From Oscillospiraceae bacterium (GTDB lineage: Bacteria; Bacillota; Clostridia; Oscillospirales; UBA929), in contig JAVBKA010000047.1 of the NCBI GenBank assembly GCA_031546715.1, forward strand, positions 1 through 45,787: a DNA stretch of 45,787 nucleotides, in the 5' to 3' direction. Shown piece by piece: positions 30,336-39,248 of this stretch. The position numbers and the translations under genes were made by a program. Position 1 is the first letter of the stretch, and every line of letters starts with the position of its first letter. Under the pieces are notes generated by a model. That model was not told the origin of the DNA. It worked only from the letters and a program-made list of their open reading frames with translations, and made no database searches.

Positions 30336-31112
30336 TTACTCCCAAACTTTCCATGGGGCATTTCCATTTTCCCACATTTCATCTAAAATAACCTTATCTC
30401 TCTGTGTATCCATACAATGCCAAAAACCGTGGTGTCTGTAGGCTGTTAACTGTCCACATTTTGCAACTTTATCAAGAGTATTATTCTCAAAAACAGTTGC
30501 ATCATTATCAATCATTTCAAAAATTCGCGGCGAAAGTACCATAAATCCACCATTTATCCGACTGCTGTCTTCTATTGACTTCTCTCTAAATGAAGTAATT
30601 AGATTATCATTATTTATGTCTAATACACCAAATTTTTGACCGGCATTTACTGCAGAAATAGTGGCGATTCTATCGTAAGATTTGTGAAATTCAAGCAATT
30701 CTAAGATATTAATATTAGAAACGCCATCACCATAGGTCATCATAAACGGCTCATTTCCAATATATTTTTGAACCCGCCTTATTCGCCCTCCCGTCATTGT
30801 TGAGAGCCCTGTATCCACCAGTGTAATTTTCCAAGGCTCGGATATATTGCTATGAATTGTCATTTTGTTATCTTCGCAGAAATCAAAGGTTACATCGCTT
30901 TTATGTAGATAGTAGTTAGCAAAATATTCTTTAATTACATGAGATTTATATCCGCAACAAATAACAAATTCATTAAATCCATAAAATGAGTATATTTTCA
31001 TAATATGCCAAAGAATAGGCATCCCACCTATTTCTACCATTGGTTTAGGCTTTAAATAACTCTCCTCACTAATTCTAGTTCCAAAACCACCGGCAAGAAT
31101 AACAACTTTCAT
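30336..31112 (-). CDS. rfbF: Glucose-1-phosphate cytidylyltransferase
   Basis: MKVVILAGGFGTRISEES..KPKPMVEIG, TYGDG, FWHCMDT. Start placed at the family-typical MKVV (31112). Confidence 0.95.
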   Translation of the reverse strand: MKVVILAGGFGTRISEESYLKPKPMVEIGGMPILWHIMKIYSFYGFNEFVICCGYKSHVIKEYFANYYLHKSDVTFDFCEDNKMTIHSNISEPWKITLVDTGLSTMTGGRIRRVQKYIGNEPFMMTYGDGVSNINILELLEFHKSYDRIATISAVNAGQKFGVLDINNDNLITSFREKSIEDSSRINGGFMVLSPRIFEMIDNDATVFENNTLDKVAKCGQLTAYRHHGFWHCMDTQRDKVILDEMWENGNAPWKVWE

Positions 31113-31152
31113 GTCATCAGCTACTTTCATTAGAACATTTAGATACAAACCA

Positions 31153-32088
31153 CTAGCAATCACTTTTTGCTTGTGTATTTGCATTAATGGTTGCTTTTAA
31201 CCCATCTATGAGTTGGACTTTGTTAATATGACCTAATTCTCTAGTCATCCGTGTCGTATCTGCAAGAATAACTGGGTCATTAGACGGTTGATAAAGTGTG
31301 TTAGCTGTCTCACAATCAAAGAAATTTACATTATTCAACGTCAATAAATGCTCACAATTTAAAATCTTTGATATTTCTGAAAAAATAGTTCCAACTAATA
31401 ACGGTTTCCCACTTGCTATATTGACCGGTCCAACAACATTTGAATCTAGCAATGACGCAAATGCTTGCGCACAATCATCTATATGCATATAATCTCTTAC
31501 TGCATTTGACATATTGCAAACAACGTTTTCTTTATTTAAAAAGCTCCTAATCGCATTTGGTATCGCCTTTTGCTCTTTATCTCCCGGACCATATAAAAAG
31601 AAAATTCTACCACACGCATAAGATAGTCCGTATGCTTTACTAAAAGCTGACGCTATTTCAAAAAAACTTCGTTTCGTCGAAGCATATGGAGAGTCCAAAT
31701 GCACAGGGGTCTGTTCATTTAAAACACCAAAACTACTGTCGTATTCCGAGCAGGTGCCAGACGACACAAACCGTTCCCCTCCGTTTTTTAAAAACGCTTT
31801 GAGCATATGGCAACCAGACGCAAGCCAGTCCAAATTTTCTTGAGATGAATATGCAATTCTATGTCCTGTTACCCAAGCATAATGTAGTAAGTGCGTTGGC
31901 TTAATTTTAGCAAAGAGATCCTCGGTTTCACTTGCATTCAGAAGGTCGGCATTGTGATGGGTTACTTTTGAGAGATTCAGCGTTGAGCCTTTAGAAACAG
32001 TATGAACTTCATACCCAGCTTGAATTAAAAATGAAATACTAGCTTTACCTAAAAAACCTCCAGCACCAGTTAATAGTACTCTTTTCAC
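31153..32088 (-). CDS. NAD-dependent epimerase / NDP-sugar ketoreductase
   Basis: TGAGGFLG, GTCSEY, YASTK, RDYMHI. Confidence 0.85.
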   Translation of the reverse strand: MKRVLLTGAGGFLGKASISFLIQAGYEVHTVSKGSTLNLSKVTHHNADLLNASETEDLFAKIKPTHLLHYAWVTGHRIAYSSQENLDWLASGCHMLKAFLKNGGERFVSSGTCSEYDSSFGVLNEQTPVHLDSPYASTKRSFFEIASAFSKAYGLSYACGRIFFLYGPGDKEQKAIPNAIRSFLNKENVVCNMSNAVRDYMHIDDCAQAFASLLDSNVVGPVNIASGKPLLVGTIFSEISKILNCEHLLTLNNVNFFDCETANTLYQPSNDPVILADTTRMTRELGHINKVQLIDGLKATINANTQAKSDC

Positions 32089-32118
32089 TGCTGCATCTTT
32101 CCTTTCACATTGCCTAAT

Positions 32119-33150
32119 TTACACACGATAGCAGTCAATCATTCGTCTTATAGCAGTCCTTATTGTTGTAGAAGGTTCCCAACCTGCATTTTTTAATCTA
32201 TTAGCGTCAATGGTCGCATCCTGAACACCTGTCATAGATTTATGTGACGGGTTAATTATGTGCGTTATTCTCGCATCAGAATTCATATTATGAGTCAAGA
32301 AAAGTTCAGCAATATTTTGAATCGTCAGGTTTTCACTAGAAACATTGTACACATTGCCATGCTGTCCTCGAATAAGCATTGTAAACAGAGCTATCGTAAG
32401 ATCATTTGTTGAAATATAACTTCTTACCGGCGTTCCATCGCTGTAGACGACAATGTTTTTCTGTTCTAAAACATTTGATAAAAAATCACTAATATGGTGG
32501 TTTCCTCCAATAGTTATACCCGGTCCAATTACTGTTCCAATTCGAGCAACAAAAATTTTTGCCTTATTTGAACTAAAATATGCCTGACATAAAGCCTCTC
32601 CAATTCTTTTTGATTCAGTATAACATGTTCCACTTTTAAAACAATCAGAAGAGCCAAACGAATTTTCATCAGTGCCAGGTCTATTTTCACCATACACTGC
32701 ATAGCTACTTAAATACACCATGCTTGCATTTTTTTCAGATGCGAAGGAAAGAACGTTATCTGTGCCAAGATAGCTAGTGCGCAATGTGCCAATTGGATTA
32801 CTGTGTGTAGTTGCAGGCGTGGCATTGGCGGCTGAATGAAATATAAAATCAACATTGCTTTTATAAATAATTGGTTCACATACATCCTGAACTATAATTT
32901 CAAAATCATCTCTGTTAATAACATCAAAAAAGCGTTCCCTTGCACGGCATATGTCACGAACCATCCCTACGATATGCACATTCGTGTTGTAGATATCATT
33001 TAACGAAAGCAGCGTATATACTAAATATGTTGAAATAAACCCATTTGCTCCTGTTATAAGCACAGTCTTGTCTTGTAATGTTTCCCAGGGCAAAGATGCG
33101 TTAATTATTTCATGAGTGTCTTCCCATACAACTCTGTGATAATTATCCAT
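32119..33150 (-). CDS. NAD-dependent epimerase/dehydratase (extended SDR)
   Basis: TGANGFI, YTESKR, SDG...RSY. GGGGAG RBS supports ATG 33150. Confidence 0.85.
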   Translation of the reverse strand: MDNYHRVVWEDTHEIINASLPWETLQDKTVLITGANGFISTYLVYTLLSLNDIYNTNVHIVGMVRDICRARERFFDVINRDDFEIIVQDVCEPIIYKSNVDFIFHSAANATPATTHSNPIGTLRTSYLGTDNVLSFASEKNASMVYLSSYAVYGENRPGTDENSFGSSDCFKSGTCYTESKRIGEALCQAYFSSNKAKIFVARIGTVIGPGITIGGNHHISDFLSNVLEQKNIVVYSDGTPVRSYISTNDLTIALFTMLIRGQHGNVYNVSSENLTIQNIAELFLTHNMNSDARITHIINPSHKSMTGVQDATIDANRLKNAGWEPSTTIRTAIRRMIDCYRV

Positions 33151-33151
33151 C

Positions 33152-34483
33152 TTACTCCCCTTTAACAAAATCCCTAATACACTTCACAACATGTCTCAGT
33201 CTATCCTCATCCAACCCTGGATACACGCCAAACCAAAATGAGTTGTTCATAATGGCATCAGTATTCTTCATATCGCCGACAACTCTGTACTCGACGTCAT
33301 CATCTACAAAACATGGGTGCTTCAACAAGTTTCCTGCAAACAACATTCTAGTCTGAATGTTGTTTTTTTCAAGATGCTGCACTATTTCATTTCTGGTAAA
33401 AGGTGCATTATCTTTGACAGTAAGAATAAAGCCAAACCAGCATGGCTCAGAATGTTCAGTTGGTTTAGGCAAAATAAAGTATTCACTTAAATTACTCAAA
33501 GAATCACGCAAGTACTTCCAATTTTTTCGTCGAGCTTTAATAAAAGAAGGTAATTTCTCAAGCTGAGCGCAGCCGACAGCCGCTTGCATATCCGTTATTT
33601 TTAGATTATACCCAAGATGAGAATATACGAATTTATGGTCATATCCCTGCGGTAGTTGTCCGTATTGTCCATCATATCTATGCCCGCAAAAATTATCAAC
33701 ACCAGAAGGACACTGACAGTCTCTTCCCCAATCTCTAAGCGACAGTGCGATGCGATGTAGTAGACTATTATTTGTATACACCGCTCCTCCCTCACCCATT
33801 GTCATCTGATGCGGCGGATAAAAGCTCGATGTACCAATATCTCCCACCGTACCTGTATAACATAGATTTCCGTTTATTTCAACTTGTGAGCCAAGCGCAT
33901 CGCAGTTGTCTTCGATTAGCCAAAGGTCATGCTTTTTACAAAAATCTGCTACGGCAGAAAGCTCAAAAGGATTCCCAAGTGTATGTGCAACCATAACAGC
34001 TTTTGTTTTTTCCGTAAGAGCTTCCTCCAAGCCAGAAACATCAATATTATATGAGGGTATGGTAACGTCTACAAATACTGGAACAGCACCAAACTGAACT
34101 ATTGGAGAAATTGTAGTAGGGAAGGCACATGCAACGGTAATGACCTCGTCACCTCGGGAAATTCTACGTTTTCCAAGAAGATGAGAGGTCAGCGCCATAA
34201 ACGCCAATAAATTCGCAGAGGAGCCTGACGTCGTTGCCAAGCAATGCTTAACACCTAGAAACCGTGCAAAGTCCCGTTCAAATTTTTCTGCATACCTTCC
34301 AGAGGTAAGCCAAAAATCTAGCGACGAATCCACTAAATTAGTTATTTCATTTTCATCAAATACTCTGCCAGCATATGCTATGCGCTCACCAGCCACAAAG
34401 GTCTTTTTGCTGCCAAATTCTTCTTTGTAATACTCTTTTGTTAGTTCAATTATTCTATCCCTTAATCCCTTGCTCATGTTCAT
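33152..34483 (-). CDS. rfbH: CDP-4-keto-6-deoxyglucose 3-dehydrase (E1, DdhC)
   Basis: SGSSANL, EDNCDALG, SFYPPH (His in place of the PLP Lys), RDWGRDCQC...NFC Fe-S cysteines, YDHK. Confidence 0.95.
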   Translation of the reverse strand: MNMSKGLRDRIIELTKEYYKEEFGSKKTFVAGERIAYAGRVFDENEITNLVDSSLDFWLTSGRYAEKFERDFARFLGVKHCLATTSGSSANLLAFMALTSHLLGKRRISRGDEVITVACAFPTTISPIVQFGAVPVFVDVTIPSYNIDVSGLEEALTEKTKAVMVAHTLGNPFELSAVADFCKKHDLWLIEDNCDALGSQVEINGNLCYTGTVGDIGTSSFYPPHQMTMGEGGAVYTNNSLLHRIALSLRDWGRDCQCPSGVDNFCGHRYDGQYGQLPQGYDHKFVYSHLGYNLKITDMQAAVGCAQLEKLPSFIKARRKNWKYLRDSLSNLSEYFILPKPTEHSEPCWFGFILTVKDNAPFTRNEIVQHLEKNNIQTRMLFAGNLLKHPCFVDDDVEYRVVGDMKNTDAIMNNSFWFGVYPGLDEDRLRHVVKCIRDFVKGE

Positions 34484-35531
34484 CCACCTTACTCATGTGT
34501 GCTTCTGTTAATGTTCTAAAAGTTTCTTGAAGGGGTTGTCCTAAGTTTTTGCTCTTATAAAAGCATACAATCTGCTCTAATGTTTGTTCAAGCGACCACA
34601 ATGGGCTAAAGTTTAATTCCCTCTTTGCCTTGTCAATGTTTAAACGTAAAATATCTTTTTCTGGAATTGTTGTTCCTTTTGATGTAATTTCATATTTGGC
34701 AGTACATCCCCAAAGTCTGCACAAGCTTTTTGTGATCTCCTCAACGGTCATAGTAATTCCAGGGTCTGGGCCTATGTTCCATGCTCCAGAATAGTTAATG
34801 CCGTCTTCATATAGGCACTGTGCTAGTTTCAAGTACCCAGTCAAACAATCAAGAATGTTCTGCCATGGTCTGACAAACAATGGATTTCTAATCTCAACGC
34901 ATTCTTCATTACAAATGGCCTTAATAATCGAAGGAATAAGCCGACTAGCAACAGGATCACCGCCGCCTAAAACGTTTGATGCTCGTGCTGTGGCAAGGCC
35001 GCATTTATGCAAAAACACGTTACGATAGGTTTCAACCACTAATTCTTGACATGTTTTACTACTTGAATACGGGTCTATTGCTCCAAATATAGCAGATGCT
35101 TCCTTAAAGCCGCCTTGAGGACAATCACCAGAATAAACTTTATCACTAGTGACAACTAACGTCGCCTTTACACTACTTATTGCACGCACAGATTCTAGTA
35201 TGTTGACTAAGCCAATTACATTTACATTATAAGTTTTTAACGGCTCAAGTATTGATTCTGGAACAAAAGTGGGCGTTGCCAAGAAAAAGAGTATCTCTGG
35301 TTGTGCCTGTACAACGGCTTGTTCTAACGCTGCAACATCAAGTACATCCCCTCGAATGTCAACAAGTCCATTAAATTGTAAATCATCAAAGCACGAGCCT
35401 TCCACTGGGTCTAGGGAATAGCCCGTTACTTCGGCGCCGAGCATACAAAGCCAATAGGTAAGCCATGTGCCTTTAAACCCAGTATGTCCAACTATTAAAA
35501 CTTTTTTACCACGCCAAAAATCTGCTAACAC
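34455..35531 (-). CDS. rfbG: CDP-glucose 4,6-dehydratase (DdhB)
   Basis: FWRGKKV...GHTGFKG.W, TSDKVY, DPYSSSK, RPWQ. Confidence 0.92.
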   Translation of the reverse strand: MLADFWRGKKVLIVGHTGFKGTWLTYWLCMLGAEVTGYSLDPVEGSCFDDLQFNGLVDIRGDVLDVAALEQAVVQAQPEILFFLATPTFVPESILEPLKTYNVNVIGLVNILESVRAISSVKATLVVTSDKVYSGDCPQGGFKEASAIFGAIDPYSSSKTCQELVVETYRNVFLHKCGLATARASNVLGGGDPVASRLIPSIIKAICNEECVEIRNPLFVRPWQNILDCLTGYLKLAQCLYEDGINYSGAWNIGPDPGITMTVEEITKSLCRLWGCTAKYEITSKGTTIPEKDILRLNIDKAKRELNFSPLWSLEQTLEQIVCFYKSKNLGQPLQETFRTLTEAHMSKVDEHEQGIKG

Positions 35532-35643
35532 TAGTAAGACCTCTTATTTCTTCGGTATTTTTTACAATTTTACTATTTAATACATCTTTGCGCATAGCCA
35601 GTGCAAACTCAGCGTGCGTCATTAGCGTTCTCCTTTATGATAC

Positions 35644-36561
35644 TTATTTCTTTTTCAGAAGTACAGATTTTACCGTTTTCACTACGCCATTTACATCAAT
35701 GCCATAGTTTTTTTGTAGACTTTCACGTGACGCCGCAGTGTCAGCAAAAACATCTGGAATGCCTAACACGTGGATATCCCCATTGCCAGACGCGACAGCA
35801 ACTCTTGTAACGGCATCACAAAATCCACCCATCGTCGTATGCTCATCCAAAATAAATATTGCCTTCTTTTCAAGAACTATCTTGCTAATATCTAACGGTT
35901 TTACCGTTGGGCTATGAACTAAGCCTACGGAAAATCCTTCTTCTTTTAATATTTCAATAGCCTGCCTTGCAACAATAGCCATAATTCCTGTCGTGAATAT
36001 AATTGCGTCTGAGCCTAATGATGAGAAAGACGCTTGTCCTACTAAAAAATCTTGCAGTTTATTTTCGTGAAATTTTGGCTCACCGTTTCTACCTATTGCC
36101 AGATATGAAGGTCCATCTAATTCAAGTGCAGCAACGGTGACTGCGCTAACCTCATGAGCATCACATGGACAAAAAACTGTCATGTTTGGAATAGCAGAAG
36201 CTATGGCTAAATCTTCGATAGCGTGGTGGGTTGGTCCATGACCTCCGTAAGTCAACCCCGTGCCTGCGCCAACTAAAACTACAGGGAGCTTCTGAATCCC
36301 AATCAGCACTTTTACCTGTTCAAAAGCTCTTCCTGGTAAAAAACTAGCCATTGACAAAGCAACAGGTCGTAGTCCTCGCAGTGCAAGTCCAGCAGAAACT
36401 CCGACCAAATTTTGCTCTGCAATACCTACATTATAGTATCTATCAGGGAACTCGTCTTGAAATGGCTCAATTAAGGAAAAGCCGACTTCAGCTGTACACA
36501 AAACTATACGTGAATCAACTCTTGCACTTTCAATTATTGTTTTAATAAAAGAGGCTCTCAT
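35644..36561 (-). CDS. Transketolase, C-terminal (pyrimidine-binding) subunit
   Basis: NVGIAEQN, GPTHHAIED, TVKPLD. Confidence 0.9.
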   Translation of the reverse strand: MRASFIKTIIESARVDSRIVLCTAEVGFSLIEPFQDEFPDRYYNVGIAEQNLVGVSAGLALRGLRPVALSMASFLPGRAFEQVKVLIGIQKLPVVLVGAGTGLTYGGHGPTHHAIEDLAIASAIPNMTVFCPCDAHEVSAVTVAALELDGPSYLAIGRNGEPKFHENKLQDFLVGQASFSSLGSDAIIFTTGIMAIVARQAIEILKEEGFSVGLVHSPTVKPLDISKIVLEKKAIFILDEHTTMGGFCDAVTRVAVASGNGDIHVLGIPDVFADTAASRESLQKNYGIDVNGVVKTVKSVLLKKK

Positions 36562-37361
36562 ATCCCTAGCTCCTCTAGACCTAAATTAAATTGCTCAGCA
36601 TCTGGCCACTTATAATGCCAGACGACCTTATTCTCAACAAAAGACACGCCTTTGCCTTTTATGGTATTGGCAATAATCATTGTTGGTTTTCCAGACGGTT
36701 CATTAGCTTCTTTAAGAACTTTTTCAATAGCCTCATAATTATGACCATTAATATTTGCAGTATTCCACCCAAAAGCTCTAAATTTTTCAGACAAGTCTCC
36801 CATATTTAATACTTTTAAATCATCAGCGCAGGATTGCAACATATTCCTGTCAACAATAGCTATAAGGCTATCTAGATTATGTCTAGGCGCAAACATTGCA
36901 GCTTCCCAAATAACGCCTTCATTGCATTCACCATCACCAAGCAAGACATACGTTTTTGCTGTGCTATTAATAATTCTGTTAGCCAAAGCCATGCCACAGC
37001 CAACTGACAAACCATTGCCAAGTGAGCCTGTCGAGCAATCTATACCAGGAACTCCTCCTCTTGAAGGATGAACACCCATAGCATATTTTTCATTACAAAA
37101 ATCCTTAAGTTTTTCCTTAGAGAAAAAGCCCCTTTCTGCGAGCACTGCATATAATGCAGATGCTGCATGGCCTTTACTAAGAATAAAGCTATCTCTATCC
37201 CTTTCGTTGAATGAGGAAGGGCTTACATTCATAATGCCGTTATAAAGTACCGTTAATATATCCACACATGAAAAAGAAGACCCTACAAAAGAGGCTTTTT
37301 TTTCTGTTACCATACCCCAAATAGATTTTCTTGCATTGTTTGCTATTTTAGCGTAATTCAC
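36558..37361 (-). CDS. Transketolase, N-terminal (TPP-binding) subunit
   Basis: LSKGHA, STGSLG, GDGECNEG..WE, DRN, TIKGKG. Confidence 0.9.
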   Translation of the reverse strand: MNYAKIANNARKSIWGMVTEKKASFVGSSFSCVDILTVLYNGIMNVSPSSFNERDRDSFILSKGHAASALYAVLAERGFFSKEKLKDFCNEKYAMGVHPSRGGVPGIDCSTGSLGNGLSVGCGMALANRIINSTAKTYVLLGDGECNEGVIWEAAMFAPRHNLDSLIAIVDRNMLQSCADDLKVLNMGDLSEKFRAFGWNTANINGHNYEAIEKVLKEANEPSGKPTMIIANTIKGKGVSFVENKVVWHYKWPDAEQFNLGLEELGI

Positions 37362-37525
37362 TTATACACATCCAATCATAACCCCAAAGTTTTACATAGT
37401 TGCAAAACTGATAAGCCCCTATAAATCCCGCACTTCAAGGTTTTCGTTATTAAAAATGAAAAATATATGCCGCCAGTTTCACAATGCACGCTGCTTTATT
37501 TGTTTGATTGCTTTATATGCCAACA

Positions 37526-38536
37526 TTACTTCACAATAGGTTCACGCAATTTCAAGCCTCTAAAAACAACTCGCATAATCTTTTGCATCCATGGAAAATA
37601 ACATAGTATATATCTGATAAACAAGTTTAGGTTAAAGGGTAGTACTTTGCGCATTTCTTTATAATACTTTTTTGCATCAGCCTGACGCGCATATCCAGCG
37701 GCGGTTGTGAAATTAGACTTTAAATAAGTTTCTTCAATAATTTGAAGATTTTTTGCAGTATCTACACCTAATACTTGACAATATTTTTTTTGGAATTGTC
37801 GTAGCCCTTCAGAGTACTCAATCGCTTTTTCATAAGAACCTATAATAGGTGAGGCGTGATAAGCACTATCAGGCCTCAAAACATACTTGCATAATACGTC
37901 ATCAACAAACCCAACGCCCTTTTTAGTTGCAGGAAAAAAAGTCATTTGGTAATCAAGTGCAATCGGAGGGGCTATAACAATCAATTGCCCATTAGGCACT
38001 GTTGACAAAAAATCCTCTCTTCTATGCATAAAGCAAACAGGAGGGGCAAAGTAAAAAGAACTTGACAATATTAAGTCGAGTATATTTCCTTCTCTTTTAC
38101 TAATAGTCGGCACTACTTTTTCAGTTATATCACTATCTAACTTATTAATGTGGACAGTGCTGCAGTTGCAATGCACATAACAAAAGTCTTGATTTTCATC
38201 CAATTTTTTAGCTAAGACTTTAACATATTCTGGCTCTATTAGGTCATCGCAATCGTAAAAGAAGAAGTAACTTCCTGTAAACAGCTTAAGACCTCTATTA
38301 TAACCGCCGCCATTTGAATTAATCGGCAATTTATCGTATATTATGCGAATGCCCCGTTCTAGTAGCTTTGATTGCCATTGATAAAACTTGGATTCTGTTT
38401 CATCAGTAGACGCATGATTAACAAAAACAAGCTCTATGTTATCATACGTTTGGGATAAAATGCATTTAAAATATGTGTCAAGATATGGTGCCCCATTATA
38501 ACAGGTTGTAATTATGCTTACTAGCGCTTTTGCCAT
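37526..38536 (-). CDS. Glycosyltransferase family 2
   Basis: LVSIITTCYN, NHASTD, DCDD. Confidence 0.87.
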   Translation of the reverse strand: MAKALVSIITTCYNGAPYLDTYFKCILSQTYDNIELVFVNHASTDETESKFYQWQSKLLERGIRIIYDKLPINSNGGGYNRGLKLFTGSYFFFYDCDDLIEPEYVKVLAKKLDENQDFCYVHCNCSTVHINKLDSDITEKVVPTISKREGNILDLILSSSFYFAPPVCFMHRREDFLSTVPNGQLIVIAPPIALDYQMTFFPATKKGVGFVDDVLCKYVLRPDSAYHASPIIGSYEKAIEYSEGLRQFQKKYCQVLGVDTAKNLQIIEETYLKSNFTTAAGYARQADAKKYYKEMRKVLPFNLNLFIRYILCYFPWMQKIMRVVFRGLKLREPIVK

Positions 38537-38541
38537 TCCCT

Positions 38542-38944
38542 CTACCCTTCCTCAAACCAATTCTGCCCCGGCCGATACCTAAGCTCAAGCTTGCCCATAG
38601 CCTCGCCTCGTCGATTCTTCAGCACCACTGCTTCCAACTGTCTAGGCACCTGCATTTTTACCGTCTTAACACACTGTGCAATGTATCTTGTTAGCATTTT
38701 TTCTCAAAAGTCATATTTGCAAACTCCTGACAATTGCAGTCTCATGATAAACCCTGCCGAGTACTCAATTGCGCCTGATTTTTTTAAATGCTGAAAAATT
38801 AAGTTCTTCGTTGTAATTTTGCCCGTTTAGTGACGAAACTGCAATAATTGGTATGCCTAAATCTCTAAAAATCCACTTTAATCCGACTACATTATAATCC
38901 ACAGATTGCTTATCTGTCAACCGTGCTGATGAAGGCATTAAAAA
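38542..38944 (-). pseudogene. Degenerate inverted copy of the primase-helicase 3' end (homologous to ~4584-4996)
   Basis: Encodes PSSARLTDKQSVDYNVV...EELNFSAFK and QCVKTVKMQ...GQNWFEEG-stop with frameshifts and a deletion. Its TAG lies 5 nt before the GT2 ATG. Confidence 0.92.
38891..38920 (-). promoter_or_regulatory. Consensus sigma-A promoter in the helicase pseudo-copy, facing glycan operon D
   Basis: Minus strand TTGACA-GATAAGCAATCTGTGGAT-TATAAT (18-nt spacer). Confidence 0.65.
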
Positions 38945-38945
38945 G

Positions 38946-38972
38946 TAGCCCCGTGTCAAGACATGGGGGCTA
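38946..38972. terminator. GC-rich hairpin, probable terminator for minus-strand transcription from the mob side
   Basis: TAGCCCCGTGTC-AA-GACATGGGGGCTA, followed by CTTTTT on the minus strand. Confidence 0.5.
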
Positions 38973-39059
38973 AAAAACCATGACACATGCGCTCTGTTCT
39001 TGAAAATTTTGGAACTGTATAAAGCATATCGGAATAGATGTTCCAAAATTTTTCTACAG

Positions 39060-39235
39060 CTCGCACGATTTCAAATCACGAGAGAAGGTCACGTCGCTTG
39101 CCGCAAGGCAGGGGTTGCCGCACACGGCAACCCGCACTAAAAGCGTAAGCACTCACTACCAAAACAGTCAAGAGGCTTTTGCGGCATAAAACCAGTGTGC
39201 GCACTGAATTTATTCCACAGCCCTCTTGACTGTTT
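39060..39235. other. Hairpin-rich region, putative single-strand origin / ssi
   Basis: CTTGCC-GCAA-GGCAGG, GGGTTGCCG-CACA-CGGCAACCC, and a 14-bp IR AAACAGTCAAGAGG...CCTCTTGACTGTTT enclosing CAGTGTGCGCACTG. Confidence 0.45.
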
Positions 39236-39248
39236 CTAATTTTCTGCT

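Noticed and set aside
38950-38965. pC194-type rolling-circle dso (TCTTGACAC on the minus strand)
   Set aside because: Only a partial match to CTTATCTTGATA, and no rolling-circle Rep is encoded.
38591-39046. ORFs 38591-38794 and 38765-39046 as real genes
   Set aside because: They are antisense or frameshifted readings of the helicase pseudo-fragment.
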